DNA of 64,000 nt. Source: Octopus bimaculoides (lineage: Eukaryota). How positions within the stretch are numbered: the stretch's first letter is position 1; every line of letters begins with the position of its first letter. The DNA lies in the NCBI RefSeq assembly GCF_001194135.2, contig NC_068985.1, positions 127,050,683-127,114,682 of the forward strand, in the 5' to 3' direction. The position numbers were made by a program, and so were the translations under genes. This document shows, piece after piece, positions 13,028 to 25,983 of the stretch. Under the pieces are notes generated by a model, which did no database searches, was not told the DNA's origin, and saw nothing but the letters and a program-made list of their open reading frames with translations.

Positions 13028-13190
13028 TGAAAGAAAAATGACAACGCTATTCAAGAGAAGATTTGCGTTTTCAAACTCGGAACTTAGAAAACTGATAAGG
13101 AGGATACAGGAGGCGGTCGAAAAAGCCAGCTTCTATATATGGCTGAAGCGGGAAGACCGAATATGGCTTGAAAGTCATAACATGTCTAGG
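13028..13190 (+). mobile_element. C-terminus of an RLE-type non-LTR retrotransposon (HERO-like)
   Basis: RKLIRRIQEAVEKASFYIWLKREDRIW-stop resembles recalled HERO-clade ends (..AE..S.WLW.KR.D..W). Confidence 0.5.
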
Positions 13191-14133
13191 TGAAACAGGC
13201 TGACACTGAAGTGGCTTTGTGCCCTCCATTGTCAGTTAAAGTTCAGACAGTGTCATGTGACAACTTGCTGGAGCTACTTGCTGGAGCCTAGCAGNNNNNN
13301 NNNNNNNNNNNNNNNNNNNNNNNNNNNNNNNNNNNNNNNNNNNNNNNNNNNNNNNNNNNNNNNNNNNNNNNNNNNNNNNNNNNNNNNNNNNNNNNNNNNN
13401 NNNNNNNNNNNNNNNNNNNNNNNNNNNNNNNNNNNNNNNNNNNNNNNNNNNNNNNNNNNNNNNNNNNNNNNNNNNNNNNNNNNNNNNNNNNNNNNNNNNN
13501 NNNNNNNNNNNNNNNNNNNNNNNNNNNNNNNNNNNNNNNNNNNNNNNNNNNNNNNNNNNNNNNNNNNNNNNNNNNNNNNNNNNNNNNNNNNNNNNNNNNN
13601 NNNNNNNNNNNNNNNNNNNNNNNNNNNNNNNNNNNNNNNNNCTAACTGGATCCTAATCCACCAAGGGAAGGTATGTCAGAAGAAAGTAATTCAACAACGC
13701 GGGTTGATGAACCGTAAGACGTGTGGCCAGAACCTCCTGGAAAATAACCATAGCGAGGGACATTCCACAGTTGAATCAGAACAGTCACAAACAGTGAAAG
13801 AAGACATGCACCCAACACCAGAGCTGAAGACACCTCCGAAAGGGGGTGGCCCCGCCACGTCAAAACGGTAGAGGAGTAGGGGCCGAAACCGGACGTGGTT
13901 CCTCCTGATGATGTCTTCAGCTAACTGGATCCTATAAAGGAGCTGTTGTGGTAGCAGACCACGAAACATGGTTGAAATTCCTTTTTGATAAGGTTCGTTT
14001 TTACAAGAACGGAAACATGTAAAAAATATCTCTGACAAAATTTTAAATTAAAATTCATTTTTGATATATTGGCGTTTTCAAACTTCTTTTTTATAAATAT
14101 ATACCCACTCGTATGCCACCTACACTTTTTTAT

Positions 14134-14174
<41 letters not shown>

Positions 14175-14779
14175 CATGTGTATTTATATATATAGTTATT
14201 TATACACACATACATACATATATACTATATATATAAACATATATGTATGTATATGTTATATGTAGACATATATGTGTGTATGTATGCATACACACACACA
14301 TGTACACACACACACAAACACACAGACACACACATACATGCATATATAGAAAGAGAGATAAAGAGATGGGATGGAAGAGAAGAATCAATGTGCATGGCCG
14401 AGTGGTTAGGGTGTTGCACTCATGATCACAGTACATTGTGTTCTTGAGCAAAAAGACTTCATTTCATGTTACTCTACAATGATTTTGACATCTTAGACAA
14501 GTGATAAATATCAATGTTTTGTCATGTTTGTGACTTGTCAATACCACATACACAAAACAAGTGCTAAAGCAAGCTAAATCGCTGTCTATGATTATATGCA
14601 AAATGGTGTAAGAACCATCTGCTGCTATGTCCCAAAGTTTCATGTTATGGAAAAAAATTCAGATATGAATTAAAAGCAGCTTTGAGGGATACAATATTGA
14701 ACACACATACATAAATTCATGAAGTAACTGTACTTCCTTGTCAATAGAGGATGTGCACTTAAGTAAGGTATTTCATTAC

Positions 14780-14877
14780 CTGCAGTATGTAAAGGTGTGC
14801 GTTGATTTTTACTGGAAACTTTCCATATAGAAGGGTTGTTGTTGAGTAAAATTTCAACGATATCCAACTTGCCCTCT
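14780..14877 (-). CDS. ANKRD16: ANKRD16 coding exon 3
   Basis: ttttaaattccag|A acceptor, G|gtaatg donor, 98 nt, phases 2/1. Encodes (R)EGKLDIVEILLNNNPSIWKVSSKNQRTPLHTA versus recalled human [33 protein letters not shown]. Confidence 0.92.
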
Positions 14878-15427
14878 CTGGAATTTAAAAAAAAAGAGAT
14901 AAAATATTTTTAATGATTTACAGAAATAAAAAAATAACATTATAAAAACAAAAGAAACAGAATGATTAAATGATGGGTGCATTTGTATAGATGTGTATAA
15001 TATTACATTCACCCCCCCCCCCCCACTCCACATGATAGTTGCATCCTATAATATCAAGGACATGGGGTACCTATTCTAAAACCAGGATACATATGCTGTG
15101 TGTGGTTGTGTGTGTGTGTGTGTATAAATATATATATATATATATACATATCTACCAATCTATCTATCTATCTATTTAATTCAATACTACTTATCGTTTA
15201 ACGTCCGCTTTCCATGCTAGCATGGGTTGGACCCAATAATAGGATAAAATCTTTTATAAACATTTTATCAAGTGGTTAGCGTGAAAAAACTCATAAGGGA
15301 AAAATCCATCATTTATTCCACGAGAATATATTTATTTATATTTATATAAGGGCATTACTACAGAAGAATGCCTCACGTTAAAACTACCATAATAGACACA
15401 TTTTTACCGAACGTGAGGAAATGCAAC

Positions 15428-15775
15428 TCTCAAAAACAGACTTAACTATATATCGAATGATTTCACGATTATTACAACAATATGTAACTTTCAATCATCA
15501 GTATAGTATGGTCAAAATATAGGAAAATAAACAAAAGATTCAACATACCAAAATGAACACCCTGTGTATAGAAGATTATTTATCTCTATATATCTATGTA
15601 AAAAGTGGGCTTTTTTTTAATTGCACCTCGGTAACACGTGTTTATACCATTTTGGTATGTTGAATCTTTTGTTTATTTTTATATATTTTGACCATACTAT
15701 ACTGATGATCGAAAGTTACATATTGTTGTAATAATCGTGAAATTGTTTGATAGATAGTTAAGTCTGTTTTTGAGA
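15428..15775. repeat. Long inverted repeat (about 128-bp arms), probably a PLE inverted terminal-repeat junction
   Basis: 15428-15555 is the reverse complement of 15648-15775 with few differences. Confidence 0.8.
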
Positions 15776-15800
15776 AGAGGAAAACTGGGTATAAGAGGTA

Positions 15801-16260
15801 TCAGATGTTGTGTGCAAGAAAAGAAGACTGCACTGATTTGGTCATGTGATGTATATGGATGAGGACAGCTGTGTAAAGAAGTGCCGAGCTCTCACTGTGG
15901 CAGGGACCTGTGGAAAGGGTATACCAAGGAAAATGTAGGATGAAGTGGTGAGAAAGGATCTTCAGACACTGGGCCTCACTGAGGAAATGACAAAGGACTG
16001 GGACATATGGCAATTTGCTGTATTTGAGAAGACATGTCAAGATAAGTAAAATCACAGTCATCCACACATACAGGCTTGCCCTTTCTAGGTGCTGGTATCA
16101 TATAAAATGCACTTGTACAGATGCAGTATAAATGCACCCATGCCAGTGAAATGTAAAAAAAAAACACCCAGCACAATCTGTAAAGTGGTTGGCGTTAGGA
16201 AGGGCATTCAGCCATAGAAACCATGCCGCAACAGACAATTGGAGTATGGCCAGCTCCTGC
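15801..16260 (+). mobile_element. RTE LINE 3' fragment
   Basis: RL.WFGHV..MDEDSCVKKCR.L.V.GTCGKG.PRK.WDEVVRKDL, the same family as 62740-64000. Confidence 0.75.
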
Positions 16261-18593
16261 CAAACTGTCCATCCCATGCCAGTATGGAAAATGGATTTTA
16301 AATGATGCTGACGATGATGATGATGATGATGATGATGAAACTTTTAAGCTTGTCCAACACCATGGCAAAGAAAAAAAAAAAATTATATGGATGTAAACTT
16401 GATTTTCTTTTGTTTTAATAAATAAAAGGTGGAGAGAGGACAAAAACATCACAAATATATTTTATGGAGAGGAAGTACCAGAAAGATGTCAGTTTGAGAA
16501 CCACTGGTTTAACTTCACTTTAGCTTTAACTGAACAGATCCATGTTCAAAGGCAGTCTATCCATGACCATTTTATCTTTATTCTTTTAACCATAGTTTAT
16601 CTGAGACTATGTTATCCAGTGTGTCCTCTTTTTCTTTTAACATGGTAGGGTGGGATCTAAGAGAGAACTAGCTGCTTTGTATAGAAAGTTCAGTGACTGT
16701 GTAAAGAGTACCTTGTCGGCATGTATGCTACTTAGTTCATACCAATGGAAAAGATTTGTAAAGAAAACAAACTGATCATCTATGGATTCAAGTAAGCTAC
16801 AAAAGCATCAGAGCTGATTTAGTAGCCAAGAAAAGAGATGGCATAATTCCTGCAACCACTCTGTCTGATAAACACAGTACTTGGTGCAGCAATTACATGG
16901 ATCAATATAAAATTTAATTCTGGCAACAATCCTTGCTTGCAAGCACATACCATTCAAATTGTAAAAGATTGATTAGATGTAGCCTGCTCTGTTGTGCAGC
17001 CCACACTGTACTACAAATACAAGAGCAGTACAGCATATTAGCAGCAACTATGACAAACAGAAGCATATAAACACACACACACACCATAATAATAATCATC
17101 ATCATCATCATTTAAGGTCCGTTTTTCATGCTGGCATGGGTTGGATGGTTTAACCGGGGCTGGCCAGCTGGGGAGCTATCCAGGCTACAATTGTCTGTTG
17201 TGGCAGGGTTTCTACAGTCGGATGCCCTACCTAACACCATGTATTATGAAGCTAGTTCTTACTGTAGTCTCTACAGTGTTTACTACATGTATTAACAGAA
17301 TATTATTGCTGCTATATATGTATGTATGTATGTCTGTCTATCTGTCTATCTGTCTGTCTGTCTGTATGTATGTATGCATGCATGCATGTACATATGTCCC
17401 CCCCCNNNNNNNNNNNNNNNNNNNNNNNNNNNNNNNNNNNNNNNNNNNNNNNNNNNNNNNNNNNNNNNNNNNNNNNNNNNNNNNNNNNNNNNNNNNNNNN
17501 NNNNNNNNNNNNNNNNNNNNNNNNNNNNNNNTATATATATATATATATATATATTGATCTATCAATCAATCAATCAAACATACACAAATATATAGATCTA
17601 TATCATTTCAATGTCCATATTTCCATGCTTGTCAGGGTTAAACAGAACTTGTTAACCATTTAGCATTCAGATTTGTCTGTCAAATATAATGCTTATTTAT
17701 TCACATTGTTTTGAATTAATCATGCATTGCCCTGTAGCATTGAGATTTCAGTGATGCGATTGTTCACTTTTAGAATGACCTTGTAGGGTGGGTGTGAGAG
17801 GCTGGATATGCCCAGTTTGAACATAAAATATCTGGAATATTTTGGCAGGATTAAAGCAGGTCTTTTATAGTTCGATGCTCTTCCTGTTACAACTTCTCAC
17901 CTATTTCTGAACAATGTGGTATTTCTCCAAACCCACTGAACAATGAAGAGCTCAATGACTGGACATACCTTCATGGAAGACTGCAAACATCATTTGGATG
18001 AATGGTGAATTTGTTTACAATCAGTTTGCAAATGTCAAGATGAGGGGAAGATGTGCACATGTGCGTGCACACACACACACACCTATTCACACACACACAC
18101 ACCTATGCACACACACACACACACATCATCATCATCATCATTTATGCCTGTGTTATATACTGGTATAGGCTGGATGGTTCAACAGATACAGTGAGTTGAA
18201 AGACCATTGACATAAATGTTTCAGTTCAAGTATGGTCTCTGTGGTCAGATTCCTTTTATAATGCCAACCACTTTACAGAGTATAGTGAGTGCTTTACCAT
18301 GGCTCCAGTACTAGTGGTTACTGCCTTGTAACTCATAAAAATAAAGATTCCCCTCACTCTCTCTCTCTGATACATACATGCTGAAAAGGAGGAGGAGAAA
18401 AATGGTGAATTTAGGCAAGATGTGGAAAACTTTAAAATATATTAAAACAGGTTCATTGTTGTAAGGTGTTAGTGTAGAGATTAAAAGAAACAATGTTAAA
18501 ATGGAAAGTAAGAGTAGTGAAAAAGAGTCAGTGAGACAGAGTCTGAAAGGGACAAGTAAGCAGGTGGAGTGGTGGACAGATGAGGGGGACTTA

Positions 18594-18827
<234 letters not shown>

Positions 18828-18833
18828 TTATAT

Positions 18834-18883
<50 letters not shown>

Positions 18884-20164
18884 TTATGGTGTATTTTGTA
18901 AAAAACATAGTAGAGTACAATATAGAGCTTGTCCACATTCAGATTTACTCTGTGCTATCCAGTACTAATATTATATATACTTCAAGGTCTATGTTTGGCC
19001 ATCTGTCATGTGTGAATAGGTAATTTTCAATTATATACACATACACATAATTACAAGATCCAAGGATCAAGGTGTAGGAAGAAAGTTAGCTTCAAGCAAT
19101 CTGTAGTAAATATAAAAACAACTTTCAGGGACAATAGTGGTTTATTGATATGGAAGGTTGTGGATTTTTTTTCGTATTGGAGCACAATAAATTAAAAAGG
19201 GTTCTTTTTATATTTCATGGTAGGCAACCAGGGTCACAGAGTATGCGAATAAGAATATAAGAGTTAAGGAATAGAGTAGATAAGGTTCGGGCTACATATG
19301 TTTCATAATGAGTGGTACCTCAGAAGTGGTTGATCTCTAAGCAAGGTGTGTACCACAAGCTACTCTTCAGGCCAAGGATATCTTGATTAAATGAAAGTTT
19401 ACATTGTTGCAAGGAGGTACATGTTAATGCATGGAAGATTCAATCAGAATGTGTAGAGAGTATATGGAGAATATAAATGTAGAGAGAAATTAGGATTAAA
19501 AGAAGGAAAAAGGAAAAAAAAACATATGGGAGTGAGAAGAAAGAGGAATTTAATCAAGATCATTTGGCAGGTAGTATTCCACAGGACTATTTTAGCTGAA
19601 TCATTGCAAGGGAGCAGTATTTGAAAAAAACGATAATGTGGAGGGGAGAGGGTGGGGAAATATTCTTGGTCAAGGGGGAGGAAAAAGTATGCATGATAAA
19701 AGCAAGATAGAATGGGCAAGAATAAGGATCTGCCAAATATACACACACACACACACAAAGCATACCCGAAAAATCAATAACACATGCACAAGTACACAGC
19801 CTCCACAATGTACAAAACATTTCAAAAAAACAAAAAAACAATACACATACATAGACACACACACACAGCCAGGCAGAACTATTGACCATGTCCCCTCAAT
19901 AGAAAGAAGATAGCACTTTGACAATATATCCCAAACACATACACACAGCAAAACAAATGACAAATAATTCCACCCTAATTCCCTGAATAACCATCCTTAA
20001 AAAAAAACATTCAACCATTTTCTTTCAATAGACAAAGGAAAAAAGAAAAAAATGTTTTTGACAATAGATTCCAAACACACACACACTCACACACAGAGCC
20101 AGGCAGAACTACTGACCACACACCCTCAATAGAAAGAAGATAAATGTACTTTGACAATATATCC

Positions 20165-20199
<35 letters not shown>

Positions 20200-20616
20200 A
20201 GCTGGTTAAACCACCAATAAAAAAGCTTCCTATTCGATTCAAAAGACTTCCTGAAACTTGAACTCTGGAACCCCACCTCAAGCCTAGCAGACAAAACATT
20301 TATAACAGAAGGACTAGAGCAAAATTTCAATAAGAACTTAAATATGGGTACAAACTTGTAAACCCCCACAAAAATGCTTTTTCTTCTGACTCCCTAAAAG
20401 GTTCTTTCTAATATTTGATGAGATGGATACATTAAAACCAGTTTATATCTTATTAAACATTCTCTAAAATATACTTCTGTGCCTTTTACAACTTTATTAA
20501 CTTTATATATATATATATGTGGAGAGATAGAGATNNNNNNNNNNNNNNNNNNNNNNNNNNNNNNNNNNNNNNNNNNNNNNNNNNNNNNNNNNNNNNNNNN
20601 NNNNNNNNNNNNNNNN

Positions 20617-20656
<40 letters not shown>

Positions 20657-20679
20657 GTTACATGGCATGGCTTTCTGAA

Positions 20680-21325
20680 AGATAGAAGTCAGGCAGTAGT
20701 GGCCAATGGAGCCACCTCAAAGAAAACACAAATAGTGAGTGGTGTTCCACAGGGCTCTGTCTTGGGACTACTGCTTTTCATGGTGGCCCTCTAAGATATG
20801 CCCTCAGCTGCCTGGATAGCCGCCCTTGCTAGCTACGCAGATGATATGAAAGTCTTGCAGAAAATACAGAACCCCAGCAATGTTGCGCACCTGCAGCAGG
20901 CATTGGACTCAATTTACAGATGTGCCGAGGACAATAATATGCAGTTTAATGTTGAAAAATTCCAAGCCTTGTACTACCAGCACTCAAAACTTAATATAAA
21001 ACTCACAGGGTACACTGGCTCACAAGGGATTACAATCCCAGAGCCTAAATCAGTGTGGGATCTGGGTATTGGCATGAGTGATGATACCTCTTTCCAAGTG
21101 CATATTACCAGGATGTCAACAAAGTGCAGACTACTGGCTGGATGGATCCTGAGAACCTTCAGAACCAGAGAGAAGGAAACCATGATGGTCCTCTGGAGGT
21201 CATTCATCCTCAGTTGCATGCATTATTGCTCTCAACTATGGTCACCGCAGTGTAAAATTAACAGCGGACCTTGAAGCAATCCAGCATAGCTTCACAAAGC
21301 TTCTCTGGACCATCTGAAGCAGTTG
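20680..21325 (+). mobile_element. CR1/L2-group LINE reverse transcriptase fragment
   Basis: SGVPQGSVLG, YADD and L..IY.WA..NNM.FN..K motifs, then DLGI and CSQLWSP. Confidence 0.85.
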
Positions 21326-21735
21326 CATCCATTTTAGGATTTTCAATCCATGAAAGAGAAACCAAAATAGTGAAACTGCAAATTCATCTACCAAACGAAC
21401 AAAGAATATTGCTCAGAAATAATGAGGATATATATGGCTGTCAATGAATGACATATGAGAACAACATTGACAGAATTCTTTTCATTGTGCATCAATGATA
21501 ACTTTTCAAAAACATTACTTTACGTTGAAGTACTCATGCATTTCACTTGGAACAGTAGTAACAAAGAATGGCAAAAAAGAAGTGAGGAAAAAAGTTGAAG
21601 GCCATTTAAACGTTTTCAAAGAAGAAGCACTTGGTCATGTTTATGTTGTCACACCAAAGGCAGGGGAACTGTGTTATCAAAGAATTTTATTGCATGAAGT
21701 TCGAAATAGTATTTTTTCCTTTCCTGCTACACATT
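21325..21735 (+). mobile_element. Helitron RepHel fragment
   Basis: ILGFSIHER...IHLPNEQR...TTLTEFFSLC..DNFSKTLLY.EV..HFTWN and ALGHVYVV.P...E..Y.RILLHEVR match the conserved Helitron Rep-helicase linker. Frameshifted. Confidence 0.8.
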
Positions 21736-21856
21736 GACATTTTCAACTTGGAGTGCTTGTGACCCAACAGGTCATGGCGGATATATATATATATATGTAC
21801 CATCATTATCATAATCATCATTTAATGTCTGTTTTCCAAGCTAGTATGGATAAGAT

Positions 21857-24056
21857 CAGGGGTCAGTAACCTACAGCTTGCGGGCCAGATCTGGCCCGTG
21901 AGAACTGATGCCCAATGAGTTGTTTATTTAAAATTTATATTTATTGGAATATGAGAGACAAGACTTTCGATTACAATAAAAGGCCTGCTATTACATTTTT
22001 CTACAAATATGATTCACTCTATTTAATGTCCACCACCAACTGGATGTGAATGTTTTGACAGCAAAAACCCAATAAAAAATTTGTCGCATATGTAGGGCTC
22101 TGTACATAATTTCCGCTCACACAATGCAAAAATAATAACAATACAATTCCAAAACATTTCTATCCAATCACCACCACTCACGTGTAAAAAATAAAAAAAA
22201 ACAGAGCTGACTTGAGCCTGCTGACGACATAAAAAGACTGCCTTGAATGGACAATTGCCTTCTCTCTTTCAATGACAACTCCCCATCTCTGATTTGTGAA
22301 ACAGCTTACCTCCACCACCTACGGTCGGTAAGTTACAAACACTCATTTTCTCATGCTTGAATTCTTCATTGGGTTCTGTTATATTATTACACATCTCTTC
22401 TCCAACAAGAGACTTTTACTGATTTATTTCATTATTGCATTTTTCAAATGATACACTTATTGTCATTGTTTAAAATCTCATTTGTTTCATCTTGTTGTCC
22501 TTGCCACCATATACTTACCTATTTCTGCCTTTATCATCATCATCATCATCATCATTATCACCCCATTATACAAGTTGTTAGCCACAACCAACTGGTATTA
22601 TTACAATTATAATATGAGATGAGGCTTTTGAATACAATAATAGGTCTGCCATTAAAAAAATAGAATTATTCAGATGTAAAATTTTTAATTTAAATTTAAA
22701 TTTTGTTTGTAGGAAAAAATTTCAATGACCATGAATGCAAAACAAAGAAAGGTAGATGCTGAATGCCAAATTTTCCAAGAAGCTTGGACATTAGATTACT
22801 TCTTCATTGAGCACAGTAGGAACCTGATTTATCTCATATGTCTAGAAAGCATTGCTGTGAATAAGGTAGCAAATATTAGGTGACATTATGAGATGCACCA
22901 TTGTGAAAATTTTAAGGCAGTTACTGGACAAGTAAAGAAAGATGAAGTTAAGTGGTTGAAGTTTAATTTTGGAAAACAAACTTAATTTTTTACTAAAAGA
23001 AAAGGTGAAAATGTAGCAAATACAATTGCCAGTGATGAAGTCTCACAATACACCGCTGAAAAGATGAAACCTTTTACAGATGGTAATTTTTTTAAAGACT
23101 GCATATTGGCAGTGTTGGATATTGTTTGTCTAGAAAAATAGTTTTTAATTAAAACTAACAGCCTGTCTCCAAGAATGGTCACATGGCAGGTTGAAGAAAT
23201 GTCAGCAGATGTTAAAAATCAATTAATCAATCCTCACAGTAAATTACAATATTTTTCAATTGCAGTCAATGAGAGTACAAACTTAAGTGACACTGCACAA
23301 CTTGCTGTCTTTGTGCGAGGAGTGACTTCAACTTTTCAGATCTTTGAAGAATTTATTGAGTTAATTTCTATGAAGGAAACCATAACTGGAACATACATCT
23401 TTGAAGTTTTGTTGAAAATGATATCAGAAAGGAATATCATTTCTGAATGAAAATGATATGAGGGCAGCGAGCTGGCAGAATCATTAGGATGCTGGGTGAA
23501 ATGCTTAGTGGTATTTTGTTTGCCGTTACATTCTGAGTTCAAATTCCGCTGAGGTCGACTTTGCCTTTCATCCTTTCAAGGTTGATTAAATAAGTACCAG
23601 ATACGCACTGGGGTCGATATAATCGACTTAATCCCTTTGTCTGTCCTTGTTTGTCCCCTCTATGTTTAGCCCCCCCCCCCCCGTGAGCAATAAAGAAATA
23701 GATATCAGAAATGAAGTTTGATTTTTCGAAGCCAATTGACATCACAACTGCCCCAGCAATGGTAGGACAAAAAGAAAAAAAAAGGCTTTGTTGCACTACT
23801 GCAAGAACATATAGAAAGCCTTGGAATCACACATAAGCTTGTTAAAATTCATTGCATCATCCATCAAGAGACATTGTGTGCCAAGTCTGAAATTTAAGAA
23901 TGTTATGGATATTTTGAATGAATCCTATCTTGTGGATTAAATCATCAGTTTAAACAGTTTTTGCAAGGTACTGAGGTAGAATATGGTGATCTTGCTAATT
24001 TCTGCGATGTACACTGGCTTAGCCAAGGATCAGTGCTAAAAAGAGGTGGCGATATT
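21857..24056 (+). mobile_element. hAT (SPIN/Charlie, GTF2IRD2-like) DNA transposon, 5' TIR plus decayed transposase
   Basis: Starts CAGGGGTCAGTAACCT. KQRKVDAECQIFQEAWTLDYFF, FSIAVNESTNLSDTAQLAVFVRGV, IHCIIHQ, VHWLSQG. Interrupted by a SINE at about 23460-23700 and cut off at the 3' side by an RTE. Confidence 0.85.
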
Positions 24057-25041
24057 TCTCAAAAGCAAACGTGTAGATTCTTTGTAGCAGTTGACTATGG
24101 TGCTGCTACACCAGTCATTGGGTATGACTCCTTCCTGTATCACCTGGTTGACTATATGGGTGACTAGACTATAGCCAACACTCCCAGATATTTTAAGCAT
24201 CTCTATGATGATTCCTAATGGGCTGGGGGCTTTCCCTATCTTCATACCCTTAATTGCTTTATCTAACAGGGTACTGTCAATTCGGATAGCTGATCCCTCT
24301 GTTGGGTCATTTGGCAGACTCTCTTTCTTTCATTCATTCTTTTTATTGAGCAACCTTTCATAGTGGCGTCTCCAAAGCTCTCTCTTTGCAGCCTCGTTTA
24401 GTGCAACTGAACCATCATCCATGCAGACACATTTCTTTCCTACGACATCATGATTCTCTCTCACACATTGTCTTGCAACATGAAATACCTCAAGTCTTTG
24501 GTCCTCACGGTGCAGAACTTTGGCAAATTTTTTCTTATCTGCTTCCCCACTGGCTAAATAAACCTGTCGCCTAGCTTCCCTTCTGGCAGATTGGTAAAAT
24601 TCCCTGCTACCACCGTTCTTCCAAGCCTGTTTCTCTTCTCTAATAGCCTTGTCAACAACATTGATCCACCACCATGTTACCTTGGGTCGAGAGGGGACTT
24701 TGCACCATCCACAGATCTGGTCAGTGGCACTCAGCAAGTTGTCCCATAGAAACCTCCAGTTGTCTTCCACATCATGTGATGTTATATCCCCTTCTATTTC
24801 GTCAAAAGCTTCGAGTAATACGTCTCTAAATCTCTGTCCATTTGCAGGATCCTTAAGTTTCCAGACCCTTCTCCTCCATGCTGGTCGTCTTCTGGGCATC
24901 CATTTAGCCCTGATCCTGAAGTTGCTAACTACTAGTCTATATTGTGGGGTACATTCTTTGCCTGGGAAGGTTTTGGCATTTATAAGCAGCCATCTTTCCC
25001 TTTTTCTGGCAAGGATGTAGTCAATTTGGCTAGTGTGTCTG
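24057..25041 (-). mobile_element. RTE LINE fragment (endonuclease end to RT start), running into an N gap
   Basis: SQIDYIL...KTFPG.EC..Q.RLVV; RRRVWKLKD; KIGKAPSPLGI..EMLK; IPNDWCSS.IVNCYK. Confidence 0.85.
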
Positions 25042-25940
25042 NNNNNNNNNNNNNNNNNNNNNNNNNNNNNNNNNNNNNNNNNNNNNNNNNNNNNNNNNNN
25101 NNNNNNNNNNNNNNNNNNNNNNNNNNNNNNNNNNNNNNNNNNNNNNNNNNNNNNNNNNNNNNNNNNNNNNNNNNNNNNNNNNNNNNNNNNNNNNNNNNNN
25201 NNNNNNNNNNNNNNNNNNNNNNNNNNNNNNNNNNNNNNNNNNNNNNNNNNNNNNNNNNNNNNNNNNNNNNNNNNNNNNNNNNNNNNNNNNNNNNNNNNNN
25301 NNNNNNNNNNNNNNNNNNNNNNNNNNNNNNNNNNNNNNNNNNNNNNNNNNNNNNNNNNNNNNNNNNNNNNNNNNNNNNNNNNNNNNNNNNNNNNNNNNNN
25401 NNNNNNNNNNNNNNNNNNNNNNNNNNNNNNNNNNNNNNNNNNNNNNNNNNNNNNNNNNNNNNNNNNNNNNNNNNNNNNNNNNNNNNNNNNNNNNNNNNNN
25501 NNNNNNNNNNNNNNNNNNNNNNNNNNNNNNNNNNNNNNNNNNNNNNNNNNNNNNNNNNNNNNNNNNNNNNNNNNNNNNNNNNNNNNNNNNNNNNNNNNNN
25601 NNNNNNNNNNNNNNNNNNNNNNNNNNNNNNNNNNNNNNNNNNNNNNNNNNNNNNNNNNNNNNNNNNNNNNNNNNNNNNNNNNNNNNNNNNNNNNNNNNNN
25701 NNNNNNNNNNNNNNNNNNNNNNNNNNNNNNNNNNNNNNNNNNNNNNNNNNNNNNNNNNNNNNNNNNNNNNNNNNNNNNNNNNNNNNNNNNNNNNNNNNNN
25801 NNNNNNNNNNNNNNNNNNNNNNNNNNNNNNNNNNNNNNNNNNNNNNNNNNNNNNNNNNNNNNNNNNNNNNNNNNNNNNNNNNNNNNNNNNNNNNNNNNNN
25901 NNNNNNNNNNNNGTGTATATTTTTCCCATAACCTCACTCA

Positions 25941-25983
25941 TAACCCTAACCCTAACTCTAAAACCCGAACCCTAACCCTAAAC
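25941..25983 (-). repeat. Degenerate telomere-like (TAACCC)n
   Basis: taaccctaaccctaactctaaaacccgaaccctaaccctaaac. Confidence 0.75.
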
